DNA of 63,052 nt, the filler included, from Stramenopiles sp. TOSAG23-2 (Eukaryota), in NCBI GenBank assembly GCA_900128395.1. It is 7 parts of 7 records of this genome, joined end to end, with 100 filler letters (N's around TTAATTAATTAA, not from the genome) between each part and the next. Parts side by side here need not be neighbours in the genome. Positions count along the whole stretch, not along the records: positions 27,117 to 36,040 come from LT650145.1; positions 36,141 to 45,051 come from LT650146.1; 5 more parts are not named here. One strand, written 5' to 3'. The notes below the pieces were generated by a model, which had not been told where the DNA came from, searched no databases, and saw only the letters and a list, made by a program, of their open reading frames with translations. The position numbers and the translations under genes were made by a program. Position 1 is the stretch's first letter. Every line of letters starts with the position of its first letter. Of the stretch, positions 31,187 through 43,700 are shown one piece after another.

Positions 31187-32401
31187 ATGAAGGCAATAGA
31201 ATTACAACCGAAAAGAAGTACATATAATCCATCTCCTTTAGGGAAAAATAATAATAATATTAGAAAAAGTAGTACTGCAAGACTCTCTAGAAGTGACTCC
31301 AAAAACCATGTTGATGATGCAGCTCTAGCTAGTGTATCATTCGATTTAGAAGTTCAGAAATTACAGGAGGAAGAAAAAAAAGGAAGCAATACGTTTTTTG
31401 CGAGAATATGCTCTAATATTGGAAATAAAATATGGGAAAATACAAACTCATTAAGGGAGGTACTTTATTCACCGGAATGGACTTCTATAGATCTACAAAA
31501 TAGATTAATATATTCTAGTTGGATACAATTTGTACTAAATTTGTTATTAGCAATAATTGGGATTGCTATTGCACCGTTCCCTTCGTTTGCTGTAGTATCG
31601 GCCGTGCCATTAGGTTTGTCTCTTATATCACCCATTTTAGTCCACTTATTTGTAACCACTTCGTCTGTCCGTGCAGAAAAACCAAGTTTAATTTTATTTG
31701 CATTAGCCTTTATTGCTTTATTGGCACCAGCTTTTGGTGGTGTATCGATATCAATTGTGACAACATTTTTCTCCACTCATGGTACGGCACATGGTCCATG
31801 GTGGTCTTTTTGGGTTTTTATGCAAACAATTGTATCTGTAACGTTTGGCTTCAGCCCAGGCGCTTATTCATTTTTGCTTTTGTTACAATTACAACAAGGA
31901 AGAGTTAGGCGTGAGTTAGGAAACGATTTATTGACAACATCAACTACCATTCAAGCCGGGCTATTAGCTGTTGCACGGACTACGGACAAGGTCATTGAAA
32001 AACATGTAAGAGATTTGCGTGGGATGATCGAAGTTGGTGGCGATGAAATTGCCCAATTAGAAAAGATTGTCTTTGATTTATGTCTAAAACTTGGTCTAGA
32101 AGTTAATCATGCTAATGCTGGTTATCATTTAGGGGATGATGATGATGAATTTGAGGAGGAAACCACAATGCTTAGCAACGTGAATATATATAAGAAGCAA
32201 AATAACAATGATAAAATAAATACGAGTACAAGAACACATAATTTTATGGGGGAAAATAATCTTAATGTTAATAATAATAATAATAGAAATCATGTTGCAA
32301 ATGGGAACATCGTCGGTACTAAGCCTAAGGATGATTCTGAAAATAATAGAGGAACGACAAAGAGTTTAAGAAGCAGAAAAGTAGTAAGATTTAGAAATTA
32401 A
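31187..32401 (+). CDS. Hypothetical multi-pass membrane protein (~4 TM), 404 aa
   Basis: ATG-started ORF with hydrophobic helices at aa ~110-235. Confidence 0.75.
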   Translation: MKAIELQPKRSTYNPSPLGKNNNNIRKSSTARLSRSDSKNHVDDAALASVSFDLEVQKLQEEEKKGSNTFFARICSNIGNKIWENTNSLREVLYSPEWTSIDLQNRLIYSSWIQFVLNLLLAIIGIAIAPFPSFAVVSAVPLGLSLISPILVHLFVTTSSVRAEKPSLILFALAFIALLAPAFGGVSISIVTTFFSTHGTAHGPWWSFWVFMQTIVSVTFGFSPGAYSFLLLLQLQQGRVRRELGNDLLTTSTTIQAGLLAVARTTDKVIEKHVRDLRGMIEVGGDEIAQLEKIVFDLCLKLGLEVNHANAGYHLGDDDDEFEEETTMLSNVNIYKKQNNNDKINTSTRTHNFMGENNLNVNNNNNRNHVANGNIVGTKPKDDSENNRGTTKSLRSRKVVRFRN

Positions 32402-32572
32402 TGATCTTTAAATTATATATATACTTTCGTACGAAGCCGTTCGTATGATATATGATATATAATATATACTTCGATACTTCGTACTTCGTAAAAAATTATA
32501 TATAATATATATAATATATTATTTTCGTACTCTCGCATTGATATATATGCATACCTCTCTTTATTCCATTTC

Positions 32573-35500
32573 TTACGCTGTTGCCTTTTTCTTTCGTTTT
32601 CGTTTTTTTCTTTTTGCTTTTTTTACTTCGCCCATTCCTGGAATTACTCTAGTTCCTATATTCCTATTGTTGTTATTTTGACCTGGTCCATTATTCATCC
32701 GCGTATTAAATGTTCCTTGTTTCATTGGTTTTTTCCCACGATTTGTATTTTTTCTTTGATTTTGTGATTTTTTTTCTTGTCGTCGCCTTTGTGAAGAAAT
32801 ATTTTCTGGTAAATAATTATCAGTATCATTTTCAGCAAGTAATTCTTCTATTTTGCAACCATCTTTTAACATCGTCAATGCTCGATTCAACTCTTCATTG
32901 ATAGCTGTTTGTCCTGAACGAGATACGGGAGTTCCTAAATCATGAGACAAATCGAATGGATCCTCAATGCATATACGCCATCGCTTACCATTAGGGTACA
33001 CATCTCCTTTTTCTACTGTTTGTCCAAGTCTTATTGAAGCACAACTATGGCGGGTATTGAATATATTTGAGAAAAAATAAAAAAATCCATAAATTAATTC
33101 GCTAACAGTGGCATTGTATTCCTTTGCTTGTTCTACTGCACGAGGCCACAATTTGCGAAAAGATCCAGTTTCGGAACAAAATGCAATATTGCAACCTTCA
33201 TATTCAAGTATTGGATTATTATCATTATTATTATTGTTGTTATGGTTTCTTTTTTTACCTTTATCGTTGTCTTTCTTACCTGATTTGCTTTTTTTATTAT
33301 TTAGTTCTTGCATGTCCACAAATGGTTCTATTTGCAGACTTGGTATCATACCACAAGTTTGCAACCAAAAAATAGACAATATGATCCATGCATAGCTACT
33401 TAGCGTTCCAGAATCCGAACGTTTCACACCTCGTTTTGCCGCCCATTGCTTTATAAATAACCCAACGTGCCGAACCCTGGGATCAAGTGATGCATATGCC
33501 TTTAACAAACGTGTATTGTGAACTGCCAGCTCGTTATCAACGCATATATCACATTCAATACCAGAGTTAAGTTCTACAAATTTAACAATAGGCACACGTG
33601 CCCTTGCTATAACGTTGATATCATCAAAATCTAAATCATGCCCATATTGGCGTAAAGCTGCTCGTATTTGAAAACACGATTTCGCTTTGTCAGGTGATCG
33701 CAATCTTACGCACATGTCCATATCAGAGGAAGGGGATCCGTATAAATTTCCACTGGAGCCAAAAACAAATAAACGAGAACGATTCCATCTACATTTTAAT
33801 GCATATGCAATAGATTTTTTCAGCATATCTTTTCTAGATTCTTCGTCTTTGCCTGGCATCATTTTCTTGATTAGTTGCATCATTTTTTTATGCAATCTTT
33901 TAAAATTTAAACTATTTTTATTATTGTTTTCATTATTATTATCGTTTGTTGCCGTGTCATCATTGGATTTATTTTCCGCGGTATCTTTTGTCTGTTTCGC
34001 AGCTTTCATAGCATTTTTACACCATGATATTAATATCTCTTCCGTTACCCCTAATGCAAACTTGTCATCAATTTTATTTTGATTAAAATCTTCTTCTAAT
34101 ATTGTTTTCATATCATCATAAGCATAATGTATTTCTGCTCGTACTTCCGCTAGCTCTGGTACATCAGCAAATATATTTTCAACTTCGCTAAGCAATGTAA
34201 AAAATTGTGTTGTAATATCAATCTTCCATACAGAATCAATAATTTTAGGTATTAATTTCTCCGAAAATAATTTACCTATTTTTTTGATTTGCATCAAGGT
34301 TGGTTTGGACGTATCATCCTCCTTTTTTTTGGTAGAACCATTATCGTGTAATGAGTTGTTCTCATCAATAACAACTGAACTTTTTTTACTATTATTATTG
34401 CTACTATCTTTGTCGTCGTCGTCGTTGTTGTTGTTGTTGTTGTCGTCGTCGTTGTTGTTGTTGTTGTTGTTGTCGTTGGTGGTGTTATTAGTGTTGTTGC
34501 TGTTGCATGCAACAATATTATTGTTATCTTGTTTTTTTAGGTATTCAATGATATTTTCAAAATGTTTGTATAGTTCCTCAGGTTCCATAGGACCATTTCG
34601 CGATCGAGAAAACGATAAACCACGAGAGCATTCCACATACAACATTGTTAAATCAATATCACCAATTTCTTCTAAACTCGATTTTAATTTTTGACTTTGA
34701 TTTTCAGAAAATAATGTAAATTTTTGTATACCTATTGTACCATCTGAGAAAACAACACTTTTTTCATAATTTTTCTTTGATAAATTATTATTTTTTTTAC
34801 TATTTGCATTATTGTCACTATCTACAAAATTACATAACAACTCCTTTAATTTTCCTAAGACATCAATATTAGAAATGCCTTGATCAGATACAGATTGTAT
34901 AGTGTTGTATACAACATCGAATAGCCTTGCACGTTGCCATGCTGAATGATATGTTTCAACAGTTGTAAAGGCTACTTCTAGTTTTTCAATAATATTCATA
35001 TTAATTGGTTCTGGGTCTTTCATTTCTTCACCCCGTAACATATCACGTACCGTATTAATTTGATCTTGCAATTCTCCATCTTTAAAATCGTGCAATATAT
35101 TGCTAAGATTCTTTACAATCTTTGGTTTTTCAAAAAGGCATATAATATTTTGCATCAAACCTGCTGTTTCTCGCTGAAGTTTCCAATTTCTTGTTGTGTG
35201 ATTTGCTTGAAATTGAATGGATACTGCTTTTGCATATAGTTCTTTTGTTTTATTATTATATTCTTCTTCTTCAAATTGTTTGTAAAGGCGCGTGAAAAAT
35301 ATTAGAGTTGGCTCATCATATGCTGTATCTATTGTTTTTGCACCACTTTTTTTACAAATTTCCTTCAATCGTTTTTCATCTAATAAAGAAAGTGTACATT
35401 TTTTTGTTGACATATTATTAATGCCAGAGCTTTCGTTAGAACGTATGTCATCAATGTTATCATCTTTTTCGTCTGTAACTTTCACATTTTTTTCAAATTG

Positions 35501-35587
35501 TTCCACCATTTGTCCCATATTATTATTATCAGCAGCATCGTTTATTATTATATCATCACCATCTTTTGCAGACACAATGGAAGACAT
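32573..35587 (-). CDS. Cid1/TUT7-family terminal nucleotidyltransferase (TUTase/non-canonical PAP)
   Basis: FGSSGNLYGSPSSDMDMC, ARVPIVKF, CDICVDNELAVHNTRLLKAY, GTLSSYAW, and the PAP-associated IEDPFDLSHDL. Confidence 0.9.
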   Translation of the reverse strand: MSSIVSAKDGDDIIINDAADNNNMGQMVEQFEKNVKVTDEKDDNIDDIRSNESSGINNMSTKKCTLSLLDEKRLKEICKKSGAKTIDTAYDEPTLIFFTRLYKQFEEEEYNNKTKELYAKAVSIQFQANHTTRNWKLQRETAGLMQNIICLFEKPKIVKNLSNILHDFKDGELQDQINTVRDMLRGEEMKDPEPINMNIIEKLEVAFTTVETYHSAWQRARLFDVVYNTIQSVSDQGISNIDVLGKLKELLCNFVDSDNNANSKKNNNLSKKNYEKSVVFSDGTIGIQKFTLFSENQSQKLKSSLEEIGDIDLTMLYVECSRGLSFSRSRNGPMEPEELYKHFENIIEYLKKQDNNNIVACNSNNTNNTTNDNNNNNNNDDDNNNNNNDDDDKDSSNNNSKKSSVVIDENNSLHDNGSTKKKEDDTSKPTLMQIKKIGKLFSEKLIPKIIDSVWKIDITTQFFTLLSEVENIFADVPELAEVRAEIHYAYDDMKTILEEDFNQNKIDDKFALGVTEEILISWCKNAMKAAKQTKDTAENKSNDDTATNDNNNENNNKNSLNFKRLHKKMMQLIKKMMPGKDEESRKDMLKKSIAYALKCRWNRSRLFVFGSSGNLYGSPSSDMDMCVRLRSPDKAKSCFQIRAALRQYGHDLDFDDINVIARARVPIVKFVELNSGIECDICVDNELAVHNTRLLKAYASLDPRVRHVGLFIKQWAAKRGVKRSDSGTLSSYAWIILSIFWLQTCGMIPSLQIEPFVDMQELNNKKSKSGKKDNDKGKKRNHNNNNNNDNNPILEYEGCNIAFCSETGSFRKLWPRAVEQAKEYNATVSELIYGFFYFFSNIFNTRHSCASIRLGQTVEKGDVYPNGKRWRICIEDPFDLSHDLGTPVSRSGQTAINEELNRALTMLKDGCKIEELLAENDTDNYLPENISSQRRRQEKKSQNQRKNTNRGKKPMKQGTFNTRMNNGPGQNNNNRNIGTRVIPGMGEVKKAKRKKRKRKKKATA
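34412..34477. repeat. (GTC)n/(GTT)n coding microsatellite (poly-D/N in the TUTase)
   Basis: Read directly. Confidence 0.9.
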
Positions 35588-35840
35588 AATTGATTGGTTA
35601 ATTTTATATTATTTTTTTTTTTTTTCCCTGGTTTTTTTGAGTCAATATAATATGTAAATATATGTATATATATATATAATATGATATAATATAATGTAAT
35701 GCAATGTAATACAATATAATATAATATAATATAATGTATATATATTCTTTTTGAACATCAATATGTACCTCGCGTATCCATATGTATGTATATATATATA
35801 TATATTCATAAATTTTTAAAAAAATAAATCATTTTTTTGG

Positions 35841-35899
35841 ATCCCCTGATATAATTTTTAGTGGTGTGCCGGCCAGTCGTAAATTTTCGGTACAAATTT
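35841..35899 (+). repeat. ~55-bp dispersed hairpin element, copy 2
   Basis: ATCCCCTGATATAATTTTTAGTGGTGTGCCGGCCAGTCGTAAATTTTCGGTACAAATTT matches the reverse complement of 26844-26897. Confidence 0.8.
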
Positions 35900-36040
35900 A
35901 TTACTAGGGATCTAGCAGGTGTAATATTTCAAGTGCCTTTTTTTTAAAAGTTGCACACAGTCAATACGAATTTAGAGAGCCCAAAACGAAAAAAAAAAAA
36001 AAATAAATAAAATATATTGCGATAGGTAGATAAATAAAAT

Positions 36041-36140
36041 NNNNNNNNNNNNNNNNNNNNNNNNNNNNNNNNNNNNNNNNNNNNTTAATTAATTAANNNN
36101 NNNNNNNNNNNNNNNNNNNNNNNNNNNNNNNNNNNNNNNN
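36041..36140. other. Artificial scaffold linker
   Basis: N44-TTAATTAATTAA-N44. Confidence 0.98.
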
Positions 36141-36576
36141 CCTGGTACGGCCAATTTTGAACTTAGCATGGAATAGCATTACTAATGGTGTGTATGTGCT
36201 AGCAAATTATAGCGAGTGCTGTGTCATGCTATCTCGTGCCCATTTATGAAACCCTATAGGAATAGCATAAGAGACGAATATAAGGACATATCAAGAATGA
36301 GGTGATTCAGGATGAAAGTTAGTAAACAAAAAAGGGAGGAGATATCGATATGTAAATAACATTTCTTTCATTATCACAAACTCGAAATAAACCTCTACCA
36401 TACGAATACAATTAAAAAAAACAATAACATTTATTCATTTTATAAGAATAAATAAAAATAAATACAAGGAGAGATACAACATATGAAACATATAGATAGT
36501 GTAATAGTATCAAATATCAGTGTGTGTATATATATATAATATAGAACATAGTAGTATATAGTATATACATATCAAG

Positions 36577-39500
36577 ATGAATAGGATTATATTTTTGTTA
36601 GCATGCGTATTGTTAATTGTTGGTGCAAGTGGTAAGCATTATAATGCAAAATTACGTGGACCAACCAGTACAGCTGAATTGTTACGTTTTGCAAGAGTAC
36701 AAGAAGCAAACGATGAAAGCGAAGTAAAAAAACCCATGCCAGCACCAAAAAAAAGAAAGCAAAGAGAGGTAAAACAGGAGCAACTGGCATGGCAGCAACA
36801 GGAGCTGCAACTGGAGCTGCAACTGGACCAGCACCAGTAGCAAATGAAACGAAAAATGAAACGAAACTCCCAAAAGAAAACCCAATTGTTGCTGCATATA
36901 AAGAAAAAATGGATTTATTGGGAGAACATTGTGACCAAGCTAAAGATTTAACTTTTAATACTACGTTGCATTTAAATATGTCCATAGCAACGGTACAAAA
37001 ATTCATGACATTAGCAAATGAAGATGTGAGAGAAGCAAAGAAAAGTGAGAACGAGGAGGAAGGCATTGTTACGTTGAGTGCATTGACGGAAAGCCAAAAA
37101 CATGCATCAGATGCAAAACATGAGCGTAAACGTTTAAAAGCATTACGTAGCGTTCTAGTCACTGCAAAAGAACATGAAGCTAAAATTTGCGAAAGGTACA
37201 ACGAAAGTGTCAAAGAATGGGAAGCGGCAAGGACAAAAGTATGGAAAGATAAAAAACAAATATACGATGAGATCAAAGTGTTGATGAAGAAAACAAAACG
37301 TTGGTTGATGCGTGAAATGTCAGAAGCAAAGAAAGATGTTGAAATTGCAACTGCTGCGCAGTTAGACCCAGCAACTATGCCATTAGTTATTACACATAAA
37401 ATCTTAATTGTAAACAACGCTATCCGTGCATCTCATAGTATTAAATTATACTTCGATGCTATCGTGAAACGTTTTAATAAAGCAGAAGCTGAGGCAAATG
37501 CAGAACATGAGAAATTGTACAACAAGCCAATGAAGGAGGTCATTGCGAAACGTGAAGCAGCAGCTAAAGCAGAGGAAGACGATGGTCCACAATGGAGTAA
37601 CGATTTCATCGAAGGTTTAGGAAAAAATGCTACTGAAGCTATTGCAAAAGCAGAGGAAAGTCGTGAATTTATCGCAAATGTTACTGGTGAAGAATACAAA
37701 AAACCAACAAACATGATGGGTGCAAGTGGTGGTGAATCAGGTGCTTCAGGTGAATCAGGTGCATCTGGCGCTGGCGAATCAGGTGCAGCAGCACCAGCAG
37801 AACCTGCCGTTGGTGAAGAAATGAAATTTAGCCAAGTATTTGCATCTGGTCCAGCAGGTGGAAACAAAACAGCAGGTGGAAACAACACAGCAGGCGGCAA
37901 TGCTACTGCAGGCGGTAACGCCACTGCAGCAGGTGGATGCGTAGGTCCATGCGCTGATCGTTTAAGCAAGCTTGAAAGTTTGTTGAAAAAAGTTGCAACA
38001 AAAGTTCTTGGTGGTAACAAGACCAAAAAGAATGATACCGTAACAGCTGCACCAGTTGCGAATAATACAAAAAATGCTTCAGATGCGTCTGGTGGAGAGG
38101 AGGAAATGGGTGAACCGGCATCAGTCAGTCACACATTTACAACTCCAGATGGAAAAACCATTACAACCATGACAACATTTCATAAAACAGAGGAAAGCAA
38201 ACCAAAATCAAAGAAATTGTGGCAAAAAGTGAAAGCAATCGAAGAGAAGAAAAAAGGAGGCAGTGGCCCATCTGGCGCAAGCGGAAGTGCAAGTGGTGCA
38301 TCCGGCCCATCAGGTAGTGGTGCAAGTGGCGCTGAATCTACACCTTCACAAGATGCGATTGCACGTTTAGCTTCCATGGAAAACGTTATTTACGGCCAAG
38401 TCAACGCTGCTCGCAAGAAGGAATTAAGAGACCAAAAAGAAAAAGCAAAATTAACTAATATGGTAAATAAATTAAGTGCAGAGCTTGCTGAAGCACGTAA
38501 ACCTAAAGACCCAGTTTCTTTGATTAAAAAAGTACATATGTTAACTAGTGGTGAGTTGAAGAAAAACAAAACGAAGACACCAATTAGTGAAGAATTACGT
38601 GAAGCAGCTGATGGCGCTTTAGATCCTGAAGATGCAGTTCAATTGCAAGCGATTGCGCTTAAATTAGAAGGTGGTGCAAGTGGCGAAAGTGGTGCTGAAA
38701 GTGGTGCTAGTGGTGCTGAAGATGAAGCCTCTGGTGCTTCCGGCCCTTCCCCACAAGAGGAATTAGGCGGAATTGTTGCAAAATTAAAAGCCATGCCTGG
38801 ACAAGAAACCAAGCAAATTGCTAAATTAGCAGCTAAACTTGGCACTGTTTTGGCATCCCCATCAGGATCTGAAATGCTAGGACCTGATGCGCAAAAGAAA
38901 GATCGCGATCCTGGTATGGGAAAGGAAGATTTAAATGGTCTTAAATCAATAGCTGGAAAATTAGCAAATTTATTAAATCCAAGTCAAAGCGGATCCAGCG
39001 GTAGCAGTGGTGCTAGTGGAAGTAGTGGTTCCAGTGGTGCTAGCGGTGCAGAGGAAGATCCATTAGCTGATGTAATTCCAGGACAAGAAAGCGGAAGTTC
39101 GGGTGCTAGTGGTGCTGAAGATGACGACCAAGATGATGGCGTAGATGCAGCCAAAGACGAATTGTTGAAAAAACGCGTTAAAAAGTTAGAAGCGCAATTA
39201 GAAGCAATTGGAGGTGATAGTAGTGAAGATAAAGAAAAGAAAGATAGTAAAAAAGATAGTAGTAGTGATGATGACAGTAGTAGTGGTGAAGATGGTGAAG
39301 AGAAGAAAGTAGAAGCCGATGAGAAAAAAGAAGAAGAGAAAAAGGATGGCGCTACTTTAAAAGATAAAAAAGAAGAAGAGGAAGAAAAGAAAGATGGCGA
39401 AACTGCTGGCGAGAAAAAGAAACCAGTAACTGGTAAAGGCAAAGCAAAGAATGGATTTAAAAAGGTAGAACAAGTTCAAAAAGGTGATTTAGATAATATG

Positions 39501-39659
39501 ATTAACTCACCAAACCCAACGTTTAAACATCCAGATCCAGATGCAGAGAAGCAGAAGTTAAAGATCCCAAAAGATGGTAGCCAAGAAGCACCTTCAATAG
39601 TAAAAAATTTAGCCAGCAAACCCACTTCTGGTACTCACGTAGTAACTACGAATAAATAA
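36577..39659 (+). CDS. Secreted Ser/Gly/Ala-repeat coiled-coil protein, split by a 1-nt frameshift at an A8 run (36747-36754)
   Basis: Signal peptide MNRIIFLLACVLLIVGASG in ORF 36577-36840. One extra A joins it to ORF 36789-39659, which carries ATGA/SGASG repeats and NxT sequons. Confidence 0.7.
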
Positions 39660-39989
39660 ATTTTTCAAACATATTACGCTTTGTATCATCAAAAGGGAGG
39701 AAATAAAATCTTTTACCAAAAATAATAAAAATATAATTTTAATATATTACATCTCTGAGTATAATATGATCTATGATATCATAGTACGTGATATAAATAC
39801 GAACAGTAATATCATAATCTTATGATATGCATATATTTAATTTTTATTATGCATATCATATAAAAATATATTTTAATAAATCATATGTACACACACTCGT
39901 GTACAAAAACACTTTTTTTTGAAAAAAATTGGAAGAACAAAATGCTTCCTATAAATTTACTTTCAACTTTTATCCTCTTCCTCTCTCTA

Positions 39990-40735
39990 TTACACTTCCT
40001 TTTTTATCTTCTTCCTCGTTGGATATAAAAGCCATTTCATTAATATTACATCATCTTTACAAATAAAAAACAACCCAATACCATATAATACAATCCATAG
40101 ATGATCATAATTTGGAAAATCTTTTAATAGAAATGCACGATATATTTCACGTACCTGCCATAACCAATTACATAAACAACAAACTGTATATGCAACAAAT
40201 GAAACTAATCGTATGATAACCATACCGAAGCTATTTTGATCATATAAAACCCGTAGTGCCAAAAATAAATTAACACTAAATGCATATGCTGACCAATATC
40301 CATATACATCAATACATCGTGTTATTTGAGATGAAATTGATTGAGAATCAGATATATCAGTACACCATAAGATAAGAAGAAATGCAACAGTGATTATGTG
40401 ATGCATTTTAGTAGAATATGGAAGCTTCGGTACAAAAATCAAGGCTAAAAAATCAGTGCAAACATACCAAGTAGCCCACCGTCGACAAAGCTCAAAACTA
40501 TGATAATCTAAACGCAAAGCATAATCATGATGTAATTGCCAACTCGGAAATATTCCTGTATGTGGCCCAGTTAGTGCAACACCCAAAAAAAAGCTTTTAC
40601 TAACATTTGCAATTACATACCATTTTTTATGGGTTGGACTAATTTTTTGAAACCTTGGGTAAAATGTATCTAATAAATAATAAACTAATATCCAAATGGC
40701 AGCTACAATAAGATATAATATTCCAGTTTTATATG
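39990..40735 (-). CDS. TLC (TRAM/LAG1/CLN8)-like membrane protein, 5'-truncated
   Basis: KWYVIANVSKS, YVCTDFLAL, STKMHHI, FSVNLFLALR, CNWLWQ, DDVILMKWL. The frame stays open upstream of TTG 40586 with no ATG. Confidence 0.6.
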
Positions 40736-43700
40736 CTTGTTCAAATTGGGTGTATGACAGATAATTTAGGGAGAATTATGTTAATCGATATGGATGATAT
40801 GAGTATACGAAGAATTTGGAAAGGATATAGAAATGCTCAATGTGGGTGGATAGTAAATGATGAAGGACGAAAGAAAGAATTTCTAGTTATCTATGCGCCA
40901 CAACGTTCGCTGATTGATATTATGAGTTGTACATATGGTCCTCGTGTCGCTCGAATACATGATCCAGTATTGTTAACAGATGGACGATTATTATATTGCA
41001 ACAATTTAAATTCAAATTCAACAATTACTAATAAATTTTCCTTCTCTAGATGTTTCTTTTTAAAACGAGATAAGACTGTGATTGGCAATTTAACAAAAAC
41101 AAGTGCAAAAAGCAACCCAGCAAAAATCGATTTGTTTGAAATTAAATTAGATCAAAAGGCAAATCAAATTATTAAACATGCATTAATATCATCTATTCAT
41201 CAAGATGAAGGATATTTGCTCCATCGATTTTTAAATAGCTTGAATTCATTTGTGAATGCTATAAAGGAGCAAGAACAAGCGAAAGTTACAGAAATGGTAC
41301 AGAATGTTAATGAAAACAACAACAGCGTATTCGATTTAAAAAATAATATCACATCATTGGATATAGAGTCACTGAAAAAAGTGAAAGCACCAATACTACT
41401 TGTAAGAGCAATTGGTGAAATTCATGAAGCTATGCTAAGCTTACCGTTTATAACGCCAAACGAATCCTTCGCAGCAGGGTCGTTATTATTTCCAACCAAA
41501 TCGCTTATATCTATACTGACCGTAATTTACGATGGCTTGCATAATTCATTGCACAGTGAGGATAATGAGATGAGTCCAAATGATGTGAAGAAATACATGA
41601 AATCCTTGAAAGTCAAAATAGATTTGTCAAATGCATATATGATATTAGAGAAAATACCAATGGAAGAAACATTTTCAAATATTGAAACGTTATATCCGCG
41701 TGACATCAATAATAATGACAATGAGAATAATGATAGTGATGATGAAAATGGATTTACAAGTAGTAATGTTGGTAAACAATTTAATGATTGGTCTCAATTT
41801 TATAATAAATATATTGCTATATTGAAAGATGAAAATGAGGACGATATGGAAGATGATGATGATGATGGCATCATGTTGGATGATCAAGATGGAAAGACAG
41901 ATTCCAATGCATATCATGTTTTACGAATCAACCCTTATTCGTTTTTATTATGCTTCCAAACTAATGAGGATTCAACATTATCTTTGTCAGGTTATTGCAA
42001 TCAAAACAAGCATATTAAAAAATCTTTACTTCGTTATATATTTCAGACGTTACTACTTCATTCATTCAATCTGAAGCTTTTATTTGATTTTCAAGATAAA
42101 TTACGTAAAATGGGTTTCGAATCAAAGCAAATATTAGATTTATTTTACGAATGGTTTTACAGTGTTCCTCTACAGGTTTTATTGCATGTAAGTCCTGAAA
42201 ATTTAAAAAACAATTCGTCTATTGTGAAGTGGCTGCACACATTTACTTTAAATTATCATGTTTATGTGAAAAATCCGTTTTTAATAGTACCATCTATTAC
42301 TACATCAAAAGATCAGAAGAAGAAAGGCAGTTTTATTTTTCATAACATGCTTATAAATTACATTTTGACGATAGTTTGGAAGCAAAAACTACAATTAGTT
42401 GAAAAAGAAGCATTGTACAATGATATTGAATTGCTATATGATGATGAAGATGATGAAGAAGAAGAACAAGGTAATAGCGGAAATGATGGCAATAGTAACT
42501 CTGTGAAAACAAGTTTAAATGCATATGTAAAATCTTACTTAGAATCTACCACTGGTGAACCACCAGCTGATGATGCTGATGTTGTATTGACGCATGAAAT
42601 GATAGATTTATTGACAGAAAATATTCGCGACACATATTGGAAACAATTGCAAATTCAAAATATCAAATTGGAAATTATTTTATTCATTCGAACATGTACC
42701 AGTATTGTTATTGGTAACTATGTAGCCTACAATGATAAGAATAAGGAAAAGAGTGGTATTTCTCCTACAAGTAGATATGAGAAAGCAAATTGGGTGAATA
42801 AAATTCTAAACCGCATCAATTTAAATACTAACGTTGAGAATATTGAATTTGAATGTGTAATTGCTGTGTTGCAGTTGCTAAAAAATGAAGTGAATGTATC
42901 AAACAATAATTCCAATAGTTATTTAATTGAATATGAAAAATATATATCAAATAGAAGTAATGTATTGAAAAAATATGCAGGTGGAGATGCAAACAATTCA
43001 ACAATTGATTTTATAAAATGGTTTCAAAATGAATGGATTACATCAAAAGATAATTCACCAACGACATCGCTATTTCAAGATAACGACACCAACGAATGCT
43101 CGTTGTATAGCCCGTTTATCGGCTACAACGATGCGTGTAACACAACGTTTTTATTCGATTTGGTATCATCCGATGAAATGGATGGCTTAGAGCTTCTTGT
43201 TGTATTATTTTCCGATTTTATAGATACAAATAATTTAGCCATTCATCGTACTTTATTATTGATGAATGATTTAAATCATGACAAAGCTGGAACTTCGTTA
43301 CAACTGTATAACTACGATCTTTTATATGATAACCAATCAAATAAAAATGACACATCGTTTACTGTGCCGATAAATCATTTAGAAACTGCTATTGCAAATT
43401 TGGATGCAATAAGTGATAATAACAATATCCTGCGTTTGTGTTGCTATTTACAGGTATTTGATCTTTCCATTTTGCATAAGGTAGCTTTTTTGCGTACTTT
43501 ATGGAAAAAAAAGCCATTGGATGGAATTTTATATTTGATTTATGATATGGCAGATATGGATCGTGATGCAAAAGAAAATCGAAGCGTAGTAACAAACGAT
43601 GAAATTAACGAAAATGTCAAAGGTTTGTTAAATAAATTTACACAAGCACCTGCTGGTAGCAATAATACGGATGATCCACAAGCTTATAATCATTCTACTT

